DNA of 64,000 nt from Azolla caroliniana (Eukaryota; Plantae; Polypodiophyta): the NCBI GenBank assembly GCA_043228905.1, contig JBHGNT010000012.1:13206001-13270000 (forward strand). Reading direction: 5' to 3'. Numbering within the stretch: position 1 is the stretch's first letter; each line of letters opens with the position of its first letter. Shown one piece after another: positions 48,546 through 62,415 of this stretch. The notes beneath the pieces are model-generated. The model searched no databases, was not told the DNA's origin, and saw nothing but the letters and a program-made list of their open reading frames with translations. The position numbers were made by a program, and so were the translations under genes.

Positions 48546-50936
48546 ATGCAACTGGCTGTTTTTTTTTTATCTTCTCGATTCTTATCACAATTGCATACTT
48601 CTATCTTGATCACTACTCGTGTTGTTTGCTAGATCCACTAACAGGTCCTCAAACATCTTCTTCTACGTATTATCTACAACAGATATATGAGTTCCACACA
48701 CATGTTATTTACTCTTCTTCAATAAATAATAGTTGTTACTGCAAATTATCTTCTTGCCCTCGTACACAAAGTGTATAAAAATTCAATGTCTTAGTGTTTA
48801 CAACCATTCAACATGTTGGGAAGTATATAAATGCCAACTACACTAAATTAGGCTTCCAACTACATTAAACTTAAGTGTTTTGATGCAATAACAATTGAAA
48901 CAAGCTTGAAAATATATGCAAATGTGTGGTGTATGATTAAACTATGAAGGGTTGGATCATTGTAGTATCCAACTAATTAATATTCAACCAATGGATCCAA
49001 TGATATGAGACCAAATATGTGTGCATGATCTTCGTGGGTGTCATCTCATTATTTCCATCAAGGTTTTACATGGCATTGTGTTTGGATAAATACACATGCA
49101 CACACTTTCTCCACACACAATAGGGCACATATACCCACATAAAGGATCCTACCATCAAACGTTGAATACTGTGACCAATGATGTATCTAGACTCATTAAA
49201 AGTCTAGAATTTTGTTTCCATAGGTTAAGGACTGGGGTGAGATTGGGGGCATGTTCAATTAGATCTTTTTAAAATTGACATATATGGAAGAATAAACCAC
49301 ATTCCAACATTAGCCCTAAGTTTTAAAAAATTATACAATACAAAATATAGCCTAGGGATGTTCTAATCTTCAATCTTCAAACGCATGGGATGTATGTGGT
49401 CCATATAGTTTAAGACCACACATGTTTATAGTTTACTTTAAATGCGATCAATAAGATTGATTTATGATAGTCCTCCTCAATGACAATACAGTTTCATGTG
49501 ATGGGGCATATGGTAGTATATTCTTGATTATTTCAAAGGCTTGTCCCATAGAACAATGTGACACTTGATTATTCATTGAGTTCTTTCAATTATGACGTTG
49601 TGAAGCTTGAAACCAAATTAGAAAGGTGCTTTTTCAAGAAATTGTTTGATTAGGAAAGTTCATGAACTTCAAGGAATTTTGTCAATTCACCTCATTGTAT
49701 TACATTTAGGGAGAAGTAAGTAGAGATCACCATAGGACACTAAATATGCTTGCTTATTTTTAGACTTGTCTATATTTGCTTTAGGCACAGGAATAGACGA
49801 AATTCCAATTCCCAATTTGAAGCATACTAAATATCAAGATGGCATGCTAACATCCTTCCTAATTGGAGAGTGATGGGGGTTACTTAAATCATGGAATTAA
49901 AAAAGCCATAACCCAAACATGTTAAATAAATTGAGATAACCTCTCTTTTTTCCCAAAAAAATCACATAACCTCTTATGTAAGGCATTAAGTATGTATATG
50001 CATAATATTAATAATTTTTGTGTCATCAAAAGCTTAAATTTGACCACCTCATTAGCATTCCTTTTAAGCACAATGGTGCTTTATTTTTTTGAGCTCCCAA
50101 ATTTGGGTTCTTGATAGGGAGATGTAAATCCCTATACTTTTGGTGCAAGCTGATCCTACAGGCTACAATTGCAAGAAGAAGCAACAAAGAACTTGACATT
50201 AAAACACAAGGTGTGTTTGAAACACACAAAAACCTCAAGGTTGGCAAACATGATTGTTAGTGGAATAACTTTGGAGAATGTAAGGTCAAGAAAAACACAT
50301 GTGTGAATCAGGTCTATGCAATGACACATATGTGCATGATCGTGTTAATGTTGGAACAAATAAATCTAAGGGGAGGTAGAGAAAGTATTGGATATCGGAT
50401 ATGTTGAATACAAATAATATGTTGTAATGTTAATATGATTGCATATATGGATGGATGGATACAATGAGAGTGGCAGGATACAGCTAGATATGGATAGAGA
50501 GATACACGCGAGTCACTCCACTATCATCTACGGGAATGTGTTGGCCCTTGGGTTCGATCGAATACGTAGGGGGGTGTTGTGTAAAGGAAGAAAGAGGAGG
50601 AGGAGGGGTCGGAAAAGCTCCCTCCCTCTCTCCACAAATACAAAACAATAGAGAGAGTTTGTAGGGAGAGGAGATGGAAGGGAGGTAAAGGCCCGGGAGT
50701 GCGTGTATCCGTCGTTTTCTTACATTTAACTTTAATTTTTTTTTTATAAAAAAAACTCCCGTATTTTCCTTTATTTTCTGAAGAAACAAATAAATACATA
50801 GATATAAATTATAATGATATACATATATATATATATATATATATGATTATATGTATGCATGCTGCGTCGTGCGAAGCGCATCGCATCGCACATCTAAGTA
50901 TGTATGTATGTACTGCCTACAGCTATGCATGTATGT

Positions 50937-51119
50937 ACATACTTCACGACGTGCAAAGCAGTTTTCATAATCCTCTCTTACATACATACATAGGCAGTAC
51001 ATACTTCACGACGTGCAAAGCAGTTTTCATAATCCTCTCTTACATACATACATATATACATACATACATAGGCAGTACACATACTTCACGACGTGCAAAG
51101 CAGTTTTCATAATCCTCTC

Positions 51120-51150
<31 letters not shown>

Positions 51151-51222
51151 GGCAGTACACATACTTCACGACGTGCAAAGCAGTTTTCATAATCCTCTCT
51201 TACATACATACATACATACATC
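50937..51222 (+). repeat. Four-copy tandem repeat with ACGTG core upstream of the FLA gene
   Basis: Unit acatacttcacgacgtgcaaagcagttttcataatcctctctt(acat)n-aggcagt starting near 50937, 50999, 51079 and 51159. Confidence 0.9.
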
Positions 51223-51476
51223 CATATACGTATATGTATGTATATGTGTGTGCGTGTATATATACATGCAAATGTATCGCCCAGCACACACACACACACA
51301 CAAACATACACAGAGAAGAGAAACACAGACGAACGCAGAGATCTGATAGGAGTCCTCCAATCCAATCCAATCCACCCGATCTGTGTATCTATCTATCTAT
51401 ATCTATATCTATAACGCTATTGAATCGAATCCAGTCCAGTTCAGTTCAGTCTAGTCCCGCTTCCCAGTTCTTTGCA

Positions 51477-52271
51477 ATGGCGCGTCTAATGGTACTACTG
51501 CTGCTGCTGCTGCCACTAATGGTAATGTTGATTGCTACCTCATCAGCCACCACCGCAGGGCCGCCTGCCAATGTGACGGACATCCTGAGCAAGGCCGGCT
51601 ATTTCTCCACCTTCCTTAACTTGGCGTCGGCGGCGAACGTGAACGTGACTGCAGAGCTGCAGGCGTTCATCGACCGCAGCGGCACTAGTGGCGCCACCCT
51701 CTTCGTGCCGATAGACGCCGCCTTCACCCCTTACATCAAGACCGTCTACGGCAACCTGATAGCGGCGCAGCAGAAGGCGATCCTCCAGTATCACGCCCTC
51801 CCCACCTTCTACGACTACAGTACCCTCCTGTCCACCACTAGCAAATCGCTGTCCAACCTCTCCACCTTCGCGCCGGGCCTCAGCCTCAACATCACCGTCC
51901 ACACCGGAACCATCACCGTCCACGCCTCTCTCAACGCCGCCAATGTCACCAGCAACTACGCTACCTCCTTCCCCCTCACTGTCTTCGCCATCGACGCCGT
52001 TCTCCTGCCTTCCGAGGTCTTGGGAAACCTTGCACTACCCCCTCCGCCATCGCCATCGCCATCCTCTCCTGCCCCTTCCCCTGCCCCTACTACTACCCCT
52101 ACTCTATCCCCCACTTCTACGCCTGCACTCACCCCCCCCACTTCCTCCCCATCCTCTACCTCTAAAATATCCCCTGCTTCTGCTTCCTCTGCGCCTCCCA
52201 TGGCGGTGGCTTCTTCCGCGGCTCTCTTCTTCCCCATCCTGCTCTCCCTCCTCTTCTCCACCTATTACTAA
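51477..52271 (+). CDS. FLA: Fasciclin-like arabinogalactan protein, single FAS1 domain, GPI-anchored, 264 aa
   Basis: Signal peptide MARLMVLLLLLL, FAS1 H1 TLFVPIDAAF, LQYHALP, H2 VFAIDAVLLP, a P/S/T/A-rich AGP region and a hydrophobic C-terminus. GC-rich single exon. The upstream ORF extension is repeat-derived. Confidence 0.93.
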   Translation: MARLMVLLLLLLPLMVMLIATSSATTAGPPANVTDILSKAGYFSTFLNLASAANVNVTAELQAFIDRSGTSGATLFVPIDAAFTPYIKTVYGNLIAAQQKAILQYHALPTFYDYSTLLSTTSKSLSNLSTFAPGLSLNITVHTGTITVHASLNAANVTSNYATSFPLTVFAIDAVLLPSEVLGNLALPPPPSPSPSSPAPSPAPTTTPTLSPTSTPALTPPTSSPSSTSKISPASASSAPPMAVASSAALFFPILLSLLFSTYY

Positions 52272-55039
52272 TGTTGCTTGTTTGGCTCCTCACACCACCG
52301 CATTTATCTTTTCCACATATGATTGTGTATGTGGTTGTTTCCTGCTATATTATTATTGTAAGCCGACAGGCGACAGGCGACAGGCGATGGCGATGGCGAT
52401 GGCACTTGGTAAAACACAGTCCTGAAGCCATGTTCTTATTCTTGTTCCTTCATTTTACATATTCTTTCATGATCATAACTTTATAATAGTGAATAATGAG
52501 GTCTTCATTACCACGTCGCGTCGTTCCTTGTTTTGTGTATACATATGTGTTTATTTAATACATATGCCAACACTACCACACAAAAAAAGCGGCCATTTTC
52601 CTTTTAAAGTACCGCACTAAACTATATATAGTTTTGTCGTGCACAAAGTTCTCCCTCCCAGAAATGGGACTGATTTTAAGTATTTACAAAAACTCTGGTA
52701 ACTTCTTTCTTTTTTTTGAGTACATATATGCACGCTTCCTTCCACCACGCGAATGGGTGCGTCTTGAGTTTATCACACCCTAAGTTTAATATAAAGTACA
52801 AAATCTCTATAACGATAGGGTATAGTAATGAGACCATGAGGCTAATGGCAATCCTTCACTTTTACAAGAGGATCAATAAGCAATAAAGACTCGTAGTAGT
52901 GGGTTGTTTATAACAAAGTAGGAGAGATAAGAGAATCTAAGGCACACAATGACTACAAGAAAGCTCTCCCTTTTCCCTCTTCTCATATATCAACACTTTT
53001 ATAATCAAGGATTGAGTTCATCACCTTCTTGTCACTTTGCTTTAATTGAGGAAAACATGCAGCATTGAAATTTTTATAGTTCATCATTTACTTAATCGAG
53101 GAAACAAGCAACATTTTAGATAGTTTCAAACTATTATGTATACTTCAAGCCTGTTGACTATTGCACTCATATATTTGGGTATGATCGTCATTATGTATAT
53201 GAACATGTGATATTGACTTCTATTCCGTGCATTAATAAGCCCATTGACTAATGCACCTATGCATTTGGGTCTAATCATCATTATGCGTAAGGACATGTGA
53301 TGGTTAATGCACATTTAGCTCGCCCGCAAAGAATTTGTGTTGCTAAAAATCTGCAGCCCAAGAACCCAATGACCATAGCCCAAACTCTTGTAAGATTTTT
53401 GTGGATCATATTTATATGTATGTGTGTAGGAGTGGTATAAATATGTATGCCTAACTGTAAATATGTATTTGTGCTTGTGTGAATTTGTTTAAAGTGTAAT
53501 TGTGTGTATGAGTACAAGTATGATATGGATGTGTGAGAACATGTGTGTCTAAAGTAAATGCTATAAGCTCAACACAATGTAACAACAACAATTGTTGCAT
53601 ATTAAGGTTATGGGTTGCTCCTTCTTCCTCCTTTGTTGCTTGTCGATGAGTAGTAGATAGGCACCCATGCACGTCTTCACTTTTATTTTCTAATGTCACA
53701 AAGGGGTGGCTTCGACCTTAGCTAAGTTGGAGGTAATCGTCTGAGCCTATGGACAATCAATATAACTTCTCTTTGTAAAGGAAATTTTTTCCCCTCAACT
53801 GGAAGGACGTGTGATTTTACATGTTAGGATCCTACCACTTGTTAAAATTTCTTCTTATCATAAAATTAAAACCCATGCTTTCACAAATTACTAGATTACT
53901 TGGAATTCGAATCCATATTCCACCTCTAGAAAATTTAAGCAAATTTATACATTAACTTTCACTCAATGCCCGGCTTTTTGAGTCCAAATTTTGGTAGTAA
54001 TCCATGAACAAGCTGAAATCATATGGATACCAATACAATCCTCAAAGTAGATACAAACTTTGAATATCTCAAAGAACTTCCAAAAAAAGATGAAAAAACA
54101 AGATACAAACAAGAGGATTTTGGAATGCAATGGTCAACTCATTACATAGAATGTGAGAGAGTAAGAAGATAAAAGAAAGAGCGTCTTGCGGGTCAGATTG
54201 GGCGAGATGACGGGGTCACAAACTAGGGAGTTGGAGGGTGGAAGTCTTGTGTTCTATGGGCTTCAGCCGTTCGGGTTTCCGTCTGGGTCGGCGTTTCGCC
54301 CTATTCAGGTATGGCCGATTTGCTTTGCTCAGCCTGTTCGGGTTGGCTCGTTTGGACCCTCGTGTGTCTATCAGGTAGGTGGTTGAACGACACTGATTGT
54401 ACTTCAATCTACAAATTTCCGGCAAGTGCATTACGGGAAACCGGTGATTGCCAAGTAGGCCAAACCACAAGGAACCGCACAAGGACTCTACCTCAGTGAC
54501 GGGAATGATGGGAACGACGGTACGTGAAGAAGATGGTAGCACCAACACTCCCTCCTCCAAATTACCAAGAGGGTAACTAGAGCGTTCAACCACACATACG
54601 GCAAGCTCACGGGCTCACAAGGGCGTGTGTGGGTTGCAGCTTGACTTGAATCGGTCCTCCCAACGATGAGCACACGAACTCGCTACGACGAACGGAGGCC
54701 TAGGACAAACACTGTGAAGCTGCTTTGTGACGGAAGGCGTGTATGAGAGAGAGAGAGAAAGAAAGAAGGAAAGAAAGAAAGAAAGATATATTAATGTCTT
54801 CTAAGGCCAAAATTGGCCCATGAGACAGTTGGTTTACAACAAAAATGGGTATTTATCCAGTCATCAAAACTAAAATAAAAATAAAGTAAAAAATAGCTTA
54901 AGCTAAAAGAGTTCTAGTTGTGTACAAAACATGGTATATTTGATAAAAAAGAAGTGACTTTGCACTAAGCCTAATTTCATTTCCACCCAAGCCTCTCGAA
55001 AAGAAGTGGGAGGTCAAAGGGTTTTGGTGTGGGTGTGAC

Positions 55040-56003
55040 CTATGGTCCCGGTGTATAGAGTGCCCCAGCCATGGCTTCTAGGTGGTGTAGCTCACGTTCC
55101 CTTACTTTCTTTATTGCTTCTACATCATGTCGAGTTGCTTTGAAACCCAACATCCGAGGGCGTTTGGTTCTTCTTTGATTTTTTGCTTCATCACGGAAAA
55201 GCCCGAGTGGTGCAAGTGTGTTGACATTCGATGTCTCCCCCTGTTCCTGAAAAACTTCATTGGTTACATGTTGGTAAACATTAGCAACATTATTGTCAAC
55301 ATTTTGTAACTTATTCTCTCTGTGTTGTTTCAATTCTAGGATGTATCTGCCTAATTTCTTTATATCTAGTGTATCTAATAGTTTAGGGAGGGTGGGAGGG
55401 GAACCAAGTATGTCTTGGTATTTTGCCCTTATCTCAACATAGGTGGGACATTTGCATGTAAAGTGGTACTCATCCTCTATCTCTATATGGCATAACCTAC
55501 ATATCCTTTCCTCCCTAGGGACTCCATTAGTACGTCCATTCTCAATCTCAAGTTGGTGAGATGTTATTCTAAGTTGACCAATGACAACCCTTAGTGCATG
55601 TGGTAAGAATACATCTAGATATTTTGGCCACGTAATAAAAGCTAACTTAGAGAAGTGCATGAAGTGTTCCTTATAGTACAACATTTTAGATGGGAGTGGC
55701 TCTAGTGGGGTGATCCATTTATACCGAGTATAAATTTGCCATATTTCTTGGCATATTACTTTATTGCGGTCCTCACGAGAGATTAAAGTGTTATCAATCG
55801 CGTGGTCGTCCTTAAGGGGGGGGGTTATTAATGTCTAGACCGTTCGCAAGAAGCCAACTCACCATCATGCCATACCATGAGCTAGTATAGCCGAACTCAT
55901 ATAGTGCTTGAGAGGCGTTAAAGGCTTGATGGGATATTCTATCATGTGGTTGGCTATGTATCCTGTGGATAAAGACTACAAGTTGAAAAAGTGCTTCTAC
56001 TAA
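55040..56003 (-). mobile_element. Non-LTR retrotransposon (LINE, RTEX-like) C-terminal remnant
   Basis: LRITSHQLEIENGR...PREERICRLC..IEDEYHF..KCPTY is a CCHC zinc motif typical of LINE ORF2 C-termini. Truncated by an LTR at 56004. Confidence 0.75.
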
Positions 56004-57443
56004 TATTAGAGACATGAACTAATTTAATCATTAGATAAGGATAGAATATAGATAGATAGATAGAAAGGAGAGAGAGAAAGAAGGGTGCCGATCCACCAGA
56101 CCACCCCCAAGCGAAGGGATCGAGACAGACTCGAGCCTCGATCGGCGTCCCATACCACCGTTGTGGCGTAGAGTCGTACCTGGTGCTAGCACGCTCACTA
56201 CAAGAGTTGACCCACCACAAGACAGAGTCTCGACGTAGTCAACAAGATGATCCCATGAGGGTAGCTAGGCCTCTTATTTATAGCGATACCCAAGGCCCCC
56301 AGGCAAGTTCACACTTGGCCTAATGGGTTGTCTCAGCCCCGAGGATTAAAAGTAATCCTCCCCTTCTTTATATTCTCGTTTAACCCTCACACTTATCCAC
56401 GTGTATAGAATACTATGGTAAATTCTCACCACGGGATATTATATGTTCATTCCTGTAACATACTCCCCCCTCTTTAAAACATTGCACTCTTGCAATGGAA
56501 AGTTAGGGAAGTTAGTTCTGAGAGAATTTTCGTGTTCCCATGTGGCATCTTTTATTGATTTATCCATCCATTTTATTTTAAATTCTCGGATTTCTTCAGT
56601 ACATAATTTTTTTGTTTTAACATCAAGAATTCTTTCTGGTACATGTGGTTTAGAAGATAATTCTTCAGAAGTAACCAGAGTTTCGGTTGTAACTGTATTG
56701 TCGCCAGAACCTAGAAGTTCTTTTAGACAACTCATATGAAAAACTGGATGAATTTTAACACCATCGGGAAGACCAAGACAATAGGTTGATGACCCAATGC
56801 GTTTGAGGACTGTAAAAGGTCCACAAAACCGTGGGGCTAACTTAGCGCACTTACCCTTAGACAATGTCTTAGAATTGTGAGGTACACGTAAAAATACCTT
56901 CTGTCCAGGGTTGAATACATGAGGTTGCCTATGATGATCGACATAAAAACGCGCTCTATCTTGAGCTGTTTTTATATTATCTCGTGCAATATGCAACATA
57001 TCTTGTATATCCCGAAGAAAGTTTTGCGTACTTTGCAACTGATCATGATGTATATTAACATCAATCGGGGCTCGTGGCTGAAAACCATACATCAACATAA
57101 AAGCACTATATCCCGTTGATGTATGCTTGGAGCTGTAGTAAGCAAACTCCAAAATTGGGAGATAACATTCCCATTTTGTTGGTTTTGTACCAACGTATGC
57201 TCGAAACATGTCCTCAATAATTTGATTTACTCGTTCTGTTTGTCCATCGGATTAAGGATGATCCGTGGAGCTCATGTTCAACGTAGTTTCTAACCTCTTG
57301 AAGACTTGCGTCCAGAAGTCACGAGTAAACTTTGGATCTCGATCACTCAGGATATCCATCGGTAACCCATAAAAACGAAATAACTCATCAACGAATTGGT
57401 AAGCAAATTCAGGAGCTATTACTCGTCAATGAATTGGTAAGCA

Positions 57444-57583
57444 AAATGGCGTGGGTGAAAGGAAGAACCGGTCGATTGTCGACACGGCAAGGGCAATGCT
57501 GGAGGAGAAGAGCATGCCCCATTGCTACTGGGCCGAGGCAGTCCGGACGGCCTTCTACATACAAAACCGGATCGGTGACAGGG
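57444..57583 (+). mobile_element. Copia integrase fragment
   Basis: Translates QNGVGERKNRSIVDTARAMLEEKSMPHCYWAEAVRTAFYIQNR, similar to Copia-3 at 46020-46160. Confidence 0.8.
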
Positions 57584-60500
57584 TGTTACGGGCATGACCA
57601 TATAATATCCCGTGGTAAGAATTTACCGTAGTATTCTATACACGTGGATAAGTGTGAGGGTTAAATGAGAGTGTAAAGAAGGGGAGGATTACTTTTAATC
57701 CTCGGGATTGAGACAACCCATTAGGTCAAGTGTGAACTTGCCTGGGGGCCTTGGGTATCGCTATAAATAAGAGGCCTAGCTACCCTCATTTGATCATCTT
57801 TTGACTACATCGAGACTCTGCTCGTGTGGTGGGTCAACTCTTGTAGCGAGCGCGCCAGCACCAGGTACGACTCGACGCCACGGCGGTGGTATGGGACGCC
57901 GATCGAGGCTCGAGTCCGTCTCGATCCCTTCGCTCGGGGGTGGTCGGGTGGATCGGCACCCTTCTTTCTCTTTCTCCTTTCTATCTATCTTTTCATTATC
58001 CTTATCTTAAGCTTACTTTAGTACCTAGATCTATAATATTTGGTATCAGATTTTTGTACTAATGTTTCTTTGTTTTTCATTTGTCTTTTGATTGATGCTG
58101 ATCGATCGTTGTGCGGTTGGCCTTGATCCAGACAACGATCAACAAAGAACTTCGGTAACTCTTTCCAGAATTTTTCTTTCTATTCTCTCTTATCCCATCT
58201 AATCATGTGTTTAGTTTATATGTAATTTTTTTCATTAAGTCAATGATGTTGTAGTGGTCTTTAATTGATTATCTAAAACGTTTACATATGTGCACGAGGT
58301 CAATACCTCGTTTGACATATTAATAATATGTGATGAGTGTCGTATGCGTACGAGGTTAATACCTCAATTACGTATTACGTTCACGAACATATGTTACGTT
58401 TGCGTATGAGTTTAATACCTTAATTTGTTGTAAACGATATGCGTTTGGTCTCGTATGCGTAAGAGGTCAATACCTCCATTGCGTATTACGATGATCTCTT
58501 ATTTGTGGATGTTTCGTATGCGTAGAGGTATATACCTCGATTACGTATCTCGATCACATCATTTGTGGCTATTTACTATAACGATATGTTTAATATAGGC
58601 ATATGTGGTCACATATATACCTATTTGATCGTATATATCTGATAAGTAAACATATGTGTATATTCGTTATTACGTGATTATATCGAAAGTTGTCATGGTC
58701 GGGAAAAGGATGTTGGTGGCCGTCCTTACATTTTTGTGAGAATGGCGTTGTCACCATCCCTTTTTCAACATTTTTTTATTGTTGATAACCCCGTTGACGA
58801 CCTCGATTTCGTTACGTAAAGAAACGCCAATAGCCAAAATGATGTTGAGTACGTAGGGCTTGACCCACTTCAAGTGAGGTCGCTCCAATGACGCGCGTAT
58901 CCAACATCCCTCCCTCGTTACATGGATACGATGCCACCATGAGCTCGTTCTTACGAGAGGCATTCGTAATGACGTGACCATGTGATGGCCCACGTGAGCC
59001 TACTACGAAACAAGGGCTCATTTGGCTTCACCATTAGGTTGCACTTTGGCGTATGCCATCGTAATTACGAGACTTGAGGTTAGGTAACGTACCAACATAG
59101 TTTTGGTAAATGAGGGCGAAATAAGGACCCTTGACATATATGTTCTTTTAAAAAAACATATATGATCAATTGCCTCGCATATCTCTTATACGCATCAAAC
59201 ATTAAGCATTCGAGAAGAGCAACTTACTTGGTTGGCTCAAGTGTTTAATGTATTTGTTCTCGAGGTCTCGAGTTCAAATATGACCAAGACCATACAACAT
59301 CCTTGATACATATGACTATAACACATGTTTAGACTTAAGTTCTAAGTGCACCTCGGGGTCCTCGTAATAGGACTTAAAGAGCCGAAACCACATATGTGGG
59401 CACCGAAACATAGTTTATTGTTAACATTTTTTTCGTGTATAAACTATTCATGACGCGAACATACATGGTTGAGCCTCGGGGAGCCACCATGAAAAAATCG
59501 ATATAGAGATCAGGGAAAGACATTTATTTGTCACCCCCATGGTTTTTAAAACACCTTTGTGTTACCATAGTAACCTGATCTTGAACCTCATCTCATACGT
59601 CTAGAGGGGTATTGACGTGAGATAATGATATCGATTAATGCTCGCCCATGATATGTTTACATCACGACATGATGTTATGACTATCTCTCTGACCTTATCC
59701 TATTTCTTTTCCAGAAATAATCTTTAATGGCTCAAATTAACGACCCGATGTCATCCGCTCAAGCGGAAGGAACTCAAGGGAATCCTCCTGGACAAATGTC
59801 CACTGAGATGTATTTGGCACAAATAACCCAATACCTTAGTTTCACCGCTCAACAGATGACCGAACTTCGGCAATCTCAGAGTGCTCTTGAGGCACGTGTC
59901 ATTAGTCTACAACGTGAGACTAATAGACCTGATGAGCGACAAGGTGAACCATCATTTGTCGTTAAGCCATTTACGGGAGACAAAAAGGAAAGCACCGAAG
60001 AAGCAATCTGCACATGGCTGGGACGATGGGAGTCTCATTTTGAGCTCTATCCCACGCCAGATAGTACGAAGATTGCATATGTCGGTCGAGAACTCGGGGG
60101 TAAGGCTGCCGCCTGGTGGCGTGGCCTCCGTACTATGGGGAAATTGCCTGATACCTGGACAGATTTTGTCACGGTTTTTAAGGGCCAATTTCTACAACCT
60201 CCCTCTCGAACCGAGGCAGCACAAGCTTTAATGAACCTCTCTAGCAGGAAATTTTCCTCGCTAGAAGACTATGTTCACCATGCTAAAACCCAAATCCAAA
60301 AATCGGGTCTAGAAGGGGACAATTGGTTGATAGCTTGTTTTGTCAATGGCATCCCCAATTCGGACTATCACTGGATAGTGCATGATAAGGATCCAAAATC
60401 CTTCGAAGAGGCCGTTGAAATAGTTCTTCGCTATCAACGCACTTCGAAGAAGGACCATAACAAACCCAACGAAGTGCCCGGGACTAAGCAGTCGCAATTT

Positions 60501-62415
60501 GTTGGGAAACGCAAGACACCCAACGAATTCCTGGATCGCGATTGTAAGCGACAACATCCTTTTTGTGTATTCTGCAAAAAGAAGGGTCATACAAAAGATC
60601 AATGTCGAAAGCTCCAACGGAAAGAGCACGACAACAAAGCTAAAGCTGCAGACCATAAAGGTCAGATTCCTAATGTCCTTCAGGTCTATACACATCATTT
60701 AAGTAATTGTCAATGTTCTTTCCCTCACTATGTATTGGGTCCCAATGATTTACTACGTGCAAACGGGTATATCAATGGATCTCCCGTACAATTTTTATTT
60801 GATTCGGGAAGCTCACACAATTTTGTGAATGATCGTTTGGTTCAGATATGGGGAATCCAACCCACCGTAAGTGATCACACCTACACGGTGCACTTGGCTG
60901 ATGGAAGAGTACAATACATCAACGGGGCGATTCATTCATTAGGAATTTCTATTGATACTTATATAGAGGAAGTAGACTTCCATGTAATGAATCTTTGTAC
61001 CACCGATGTAATACTGGGTTATCCCTGGTATTATAATAAAAACTCTTCTTTATTTATTGATTGGGTTCGACATTCCATTTCTTTTGTACTGAACGAGTGT
61101 ACGCATTTTATTCAATGTGTAAAAAAACAATCCCTCTCGATTGTTTCCTCGTGTCCATCAATATCCGAGTTGTCTTGTTCTACGTTATTTTATTGTGTAC
61201 TTGATCCGGACATTCACGTTTACAATATCGATAATGTCCCGATTCAATTAACATATTTTGAACAACAACAACTTGATGAAATCTTAAATGATTTTCATGA
61301 TGTTTTTCCAAGTGAACTACCTGATGGGTTACCTCCTAAACGTAATATAGACCATCGTATAGATATTGTACCTGGTGTTGCACCAATAAGTATACCTTCG
61401 TATCGCTTAAGTCGATCCGAAGAAGATGAGGTATCTAAGCAACTCAAGGACTATTTACGAATGGGTTATATACGTTATAGTAAATCTCCATGGGGTGCAC
61501 CAGTTCTCTTGGTTAAAAAGAAAGAGGGCACATGGCGTATGTGTATTAATTACCGACGCTTAAATAAAGTGACGATCAAGAATTCGTATCCATTGCCCCG
61601 GGCTGACGATCTAATTGACCGTCTCCAGGGAGCTCGGTATTTTACGAAACTTGATCTCCGTACTGGCTACCATCAAATACGAATAAGTGAGGACGATGTT
61701 CCTAAAACGGCATTTCGTACGCGCTATGGCCATTACGAGTTTTTGGTTATGCCTTTTGGTTTGACCAATGCTCCGGCTACTTTTCAACAAGAAATGAATG
61801 ACATTTTCCGAGAACAACTTGGAAAATTTGTCGTTATTTTCTTGGATGATATTTTAGTTTATAGCAGTACATTACAAGAACATGCTAAACATGTCCGCTT
61901 TGTTTTACAAACATTGCGTGACAAACAGTTTTATGCGAAGATCTCAAAATGTGCGATCTTCAAGAAATCAATTACTTATCTAGGACATCTCATAACCGAA
62001 CGAGGAGTTGAAATTGATCCTTCTCGCATTGAGAAAATCAAGCTTTGGCCCACTCTTCGGAATATTCGAGAAGTTCGATCATTCCTTGGTTTTGTGGGGT
62101 TTTTGCGAAAGTCTCTTCGTAATTACTCCCAATTGACGACGCCGTTTACTGATCTTTTAAAAGGTTAAACGCGTAAGTCTACAAAACCTATTGTGTGGAA
62201 TGCTATACTAGACCTTGCCTTTAAGGAACTCAAGGACTTGGTTTGCAAGGCTCCTTCACTTCTTTTACGCGATCCTTCAAAACCTTTTGAGGTTGAAACC
62301 GATGCAAGCGATTATGCTATAGGTGCTGTCTTGTATCAAGATGGTAAACCAATAGCATTCGAGAGTAAGAAACTTGATTCTGCTCAATGTCGGTATACCG
62401 TTCAAGAAAAGGAAT
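57584..62415 (+). mobile_element. Chromovirus 5' half (LTR, PBS, long 5' UTR, gag-PR-RT, start of RH), 3' truncated
   Basis: LTR 57584-58038, PBS TGGTATCAGA at 58041, ORF 59727-62168 followed by an RNase H start. Confidence 0.92.
59727..62168 (+). pseudogene. gag-pol: Gag-protease-RT polyprotein (813 aa, premature stop before RNase H)
   Basis: [14 protein letters not shown] zinc knuckle, LFDSGS protease, [19 protein letters not shown] and FLDD RT motifs. Confidence 0.9.

Larger units (their letters stand above)
30190..48643 (+). mobile_element. Copia remnant (Copia-4): RNase H end, 3' region and 3' LTR, hosting nested elements
   Basis: RNase H motifs (KSTS..AISW..MSTTE..AKEAI..YHAKTKHI) at 30200-30602 continue after 36270. 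3' region 47942-48356, PPT ggggagtt, LTR 48357-48643 (TGTTG...TAACA). Linking the distal LTR to this remnant is inference. Confidence 0.65.

Noticed and set aside
51093-51476. N-terminal extension of the FLA ORF (392 aa)
   Set aside because: It translates tandem and microsatellite repeats. The signal peptide starts at ATG 51477.
54040-54900. Possible LTR or retroelement fragment between FLA and the LINE
   Set aside because: Composition is suggestive, but no termini, TSD or protein motif could be established.
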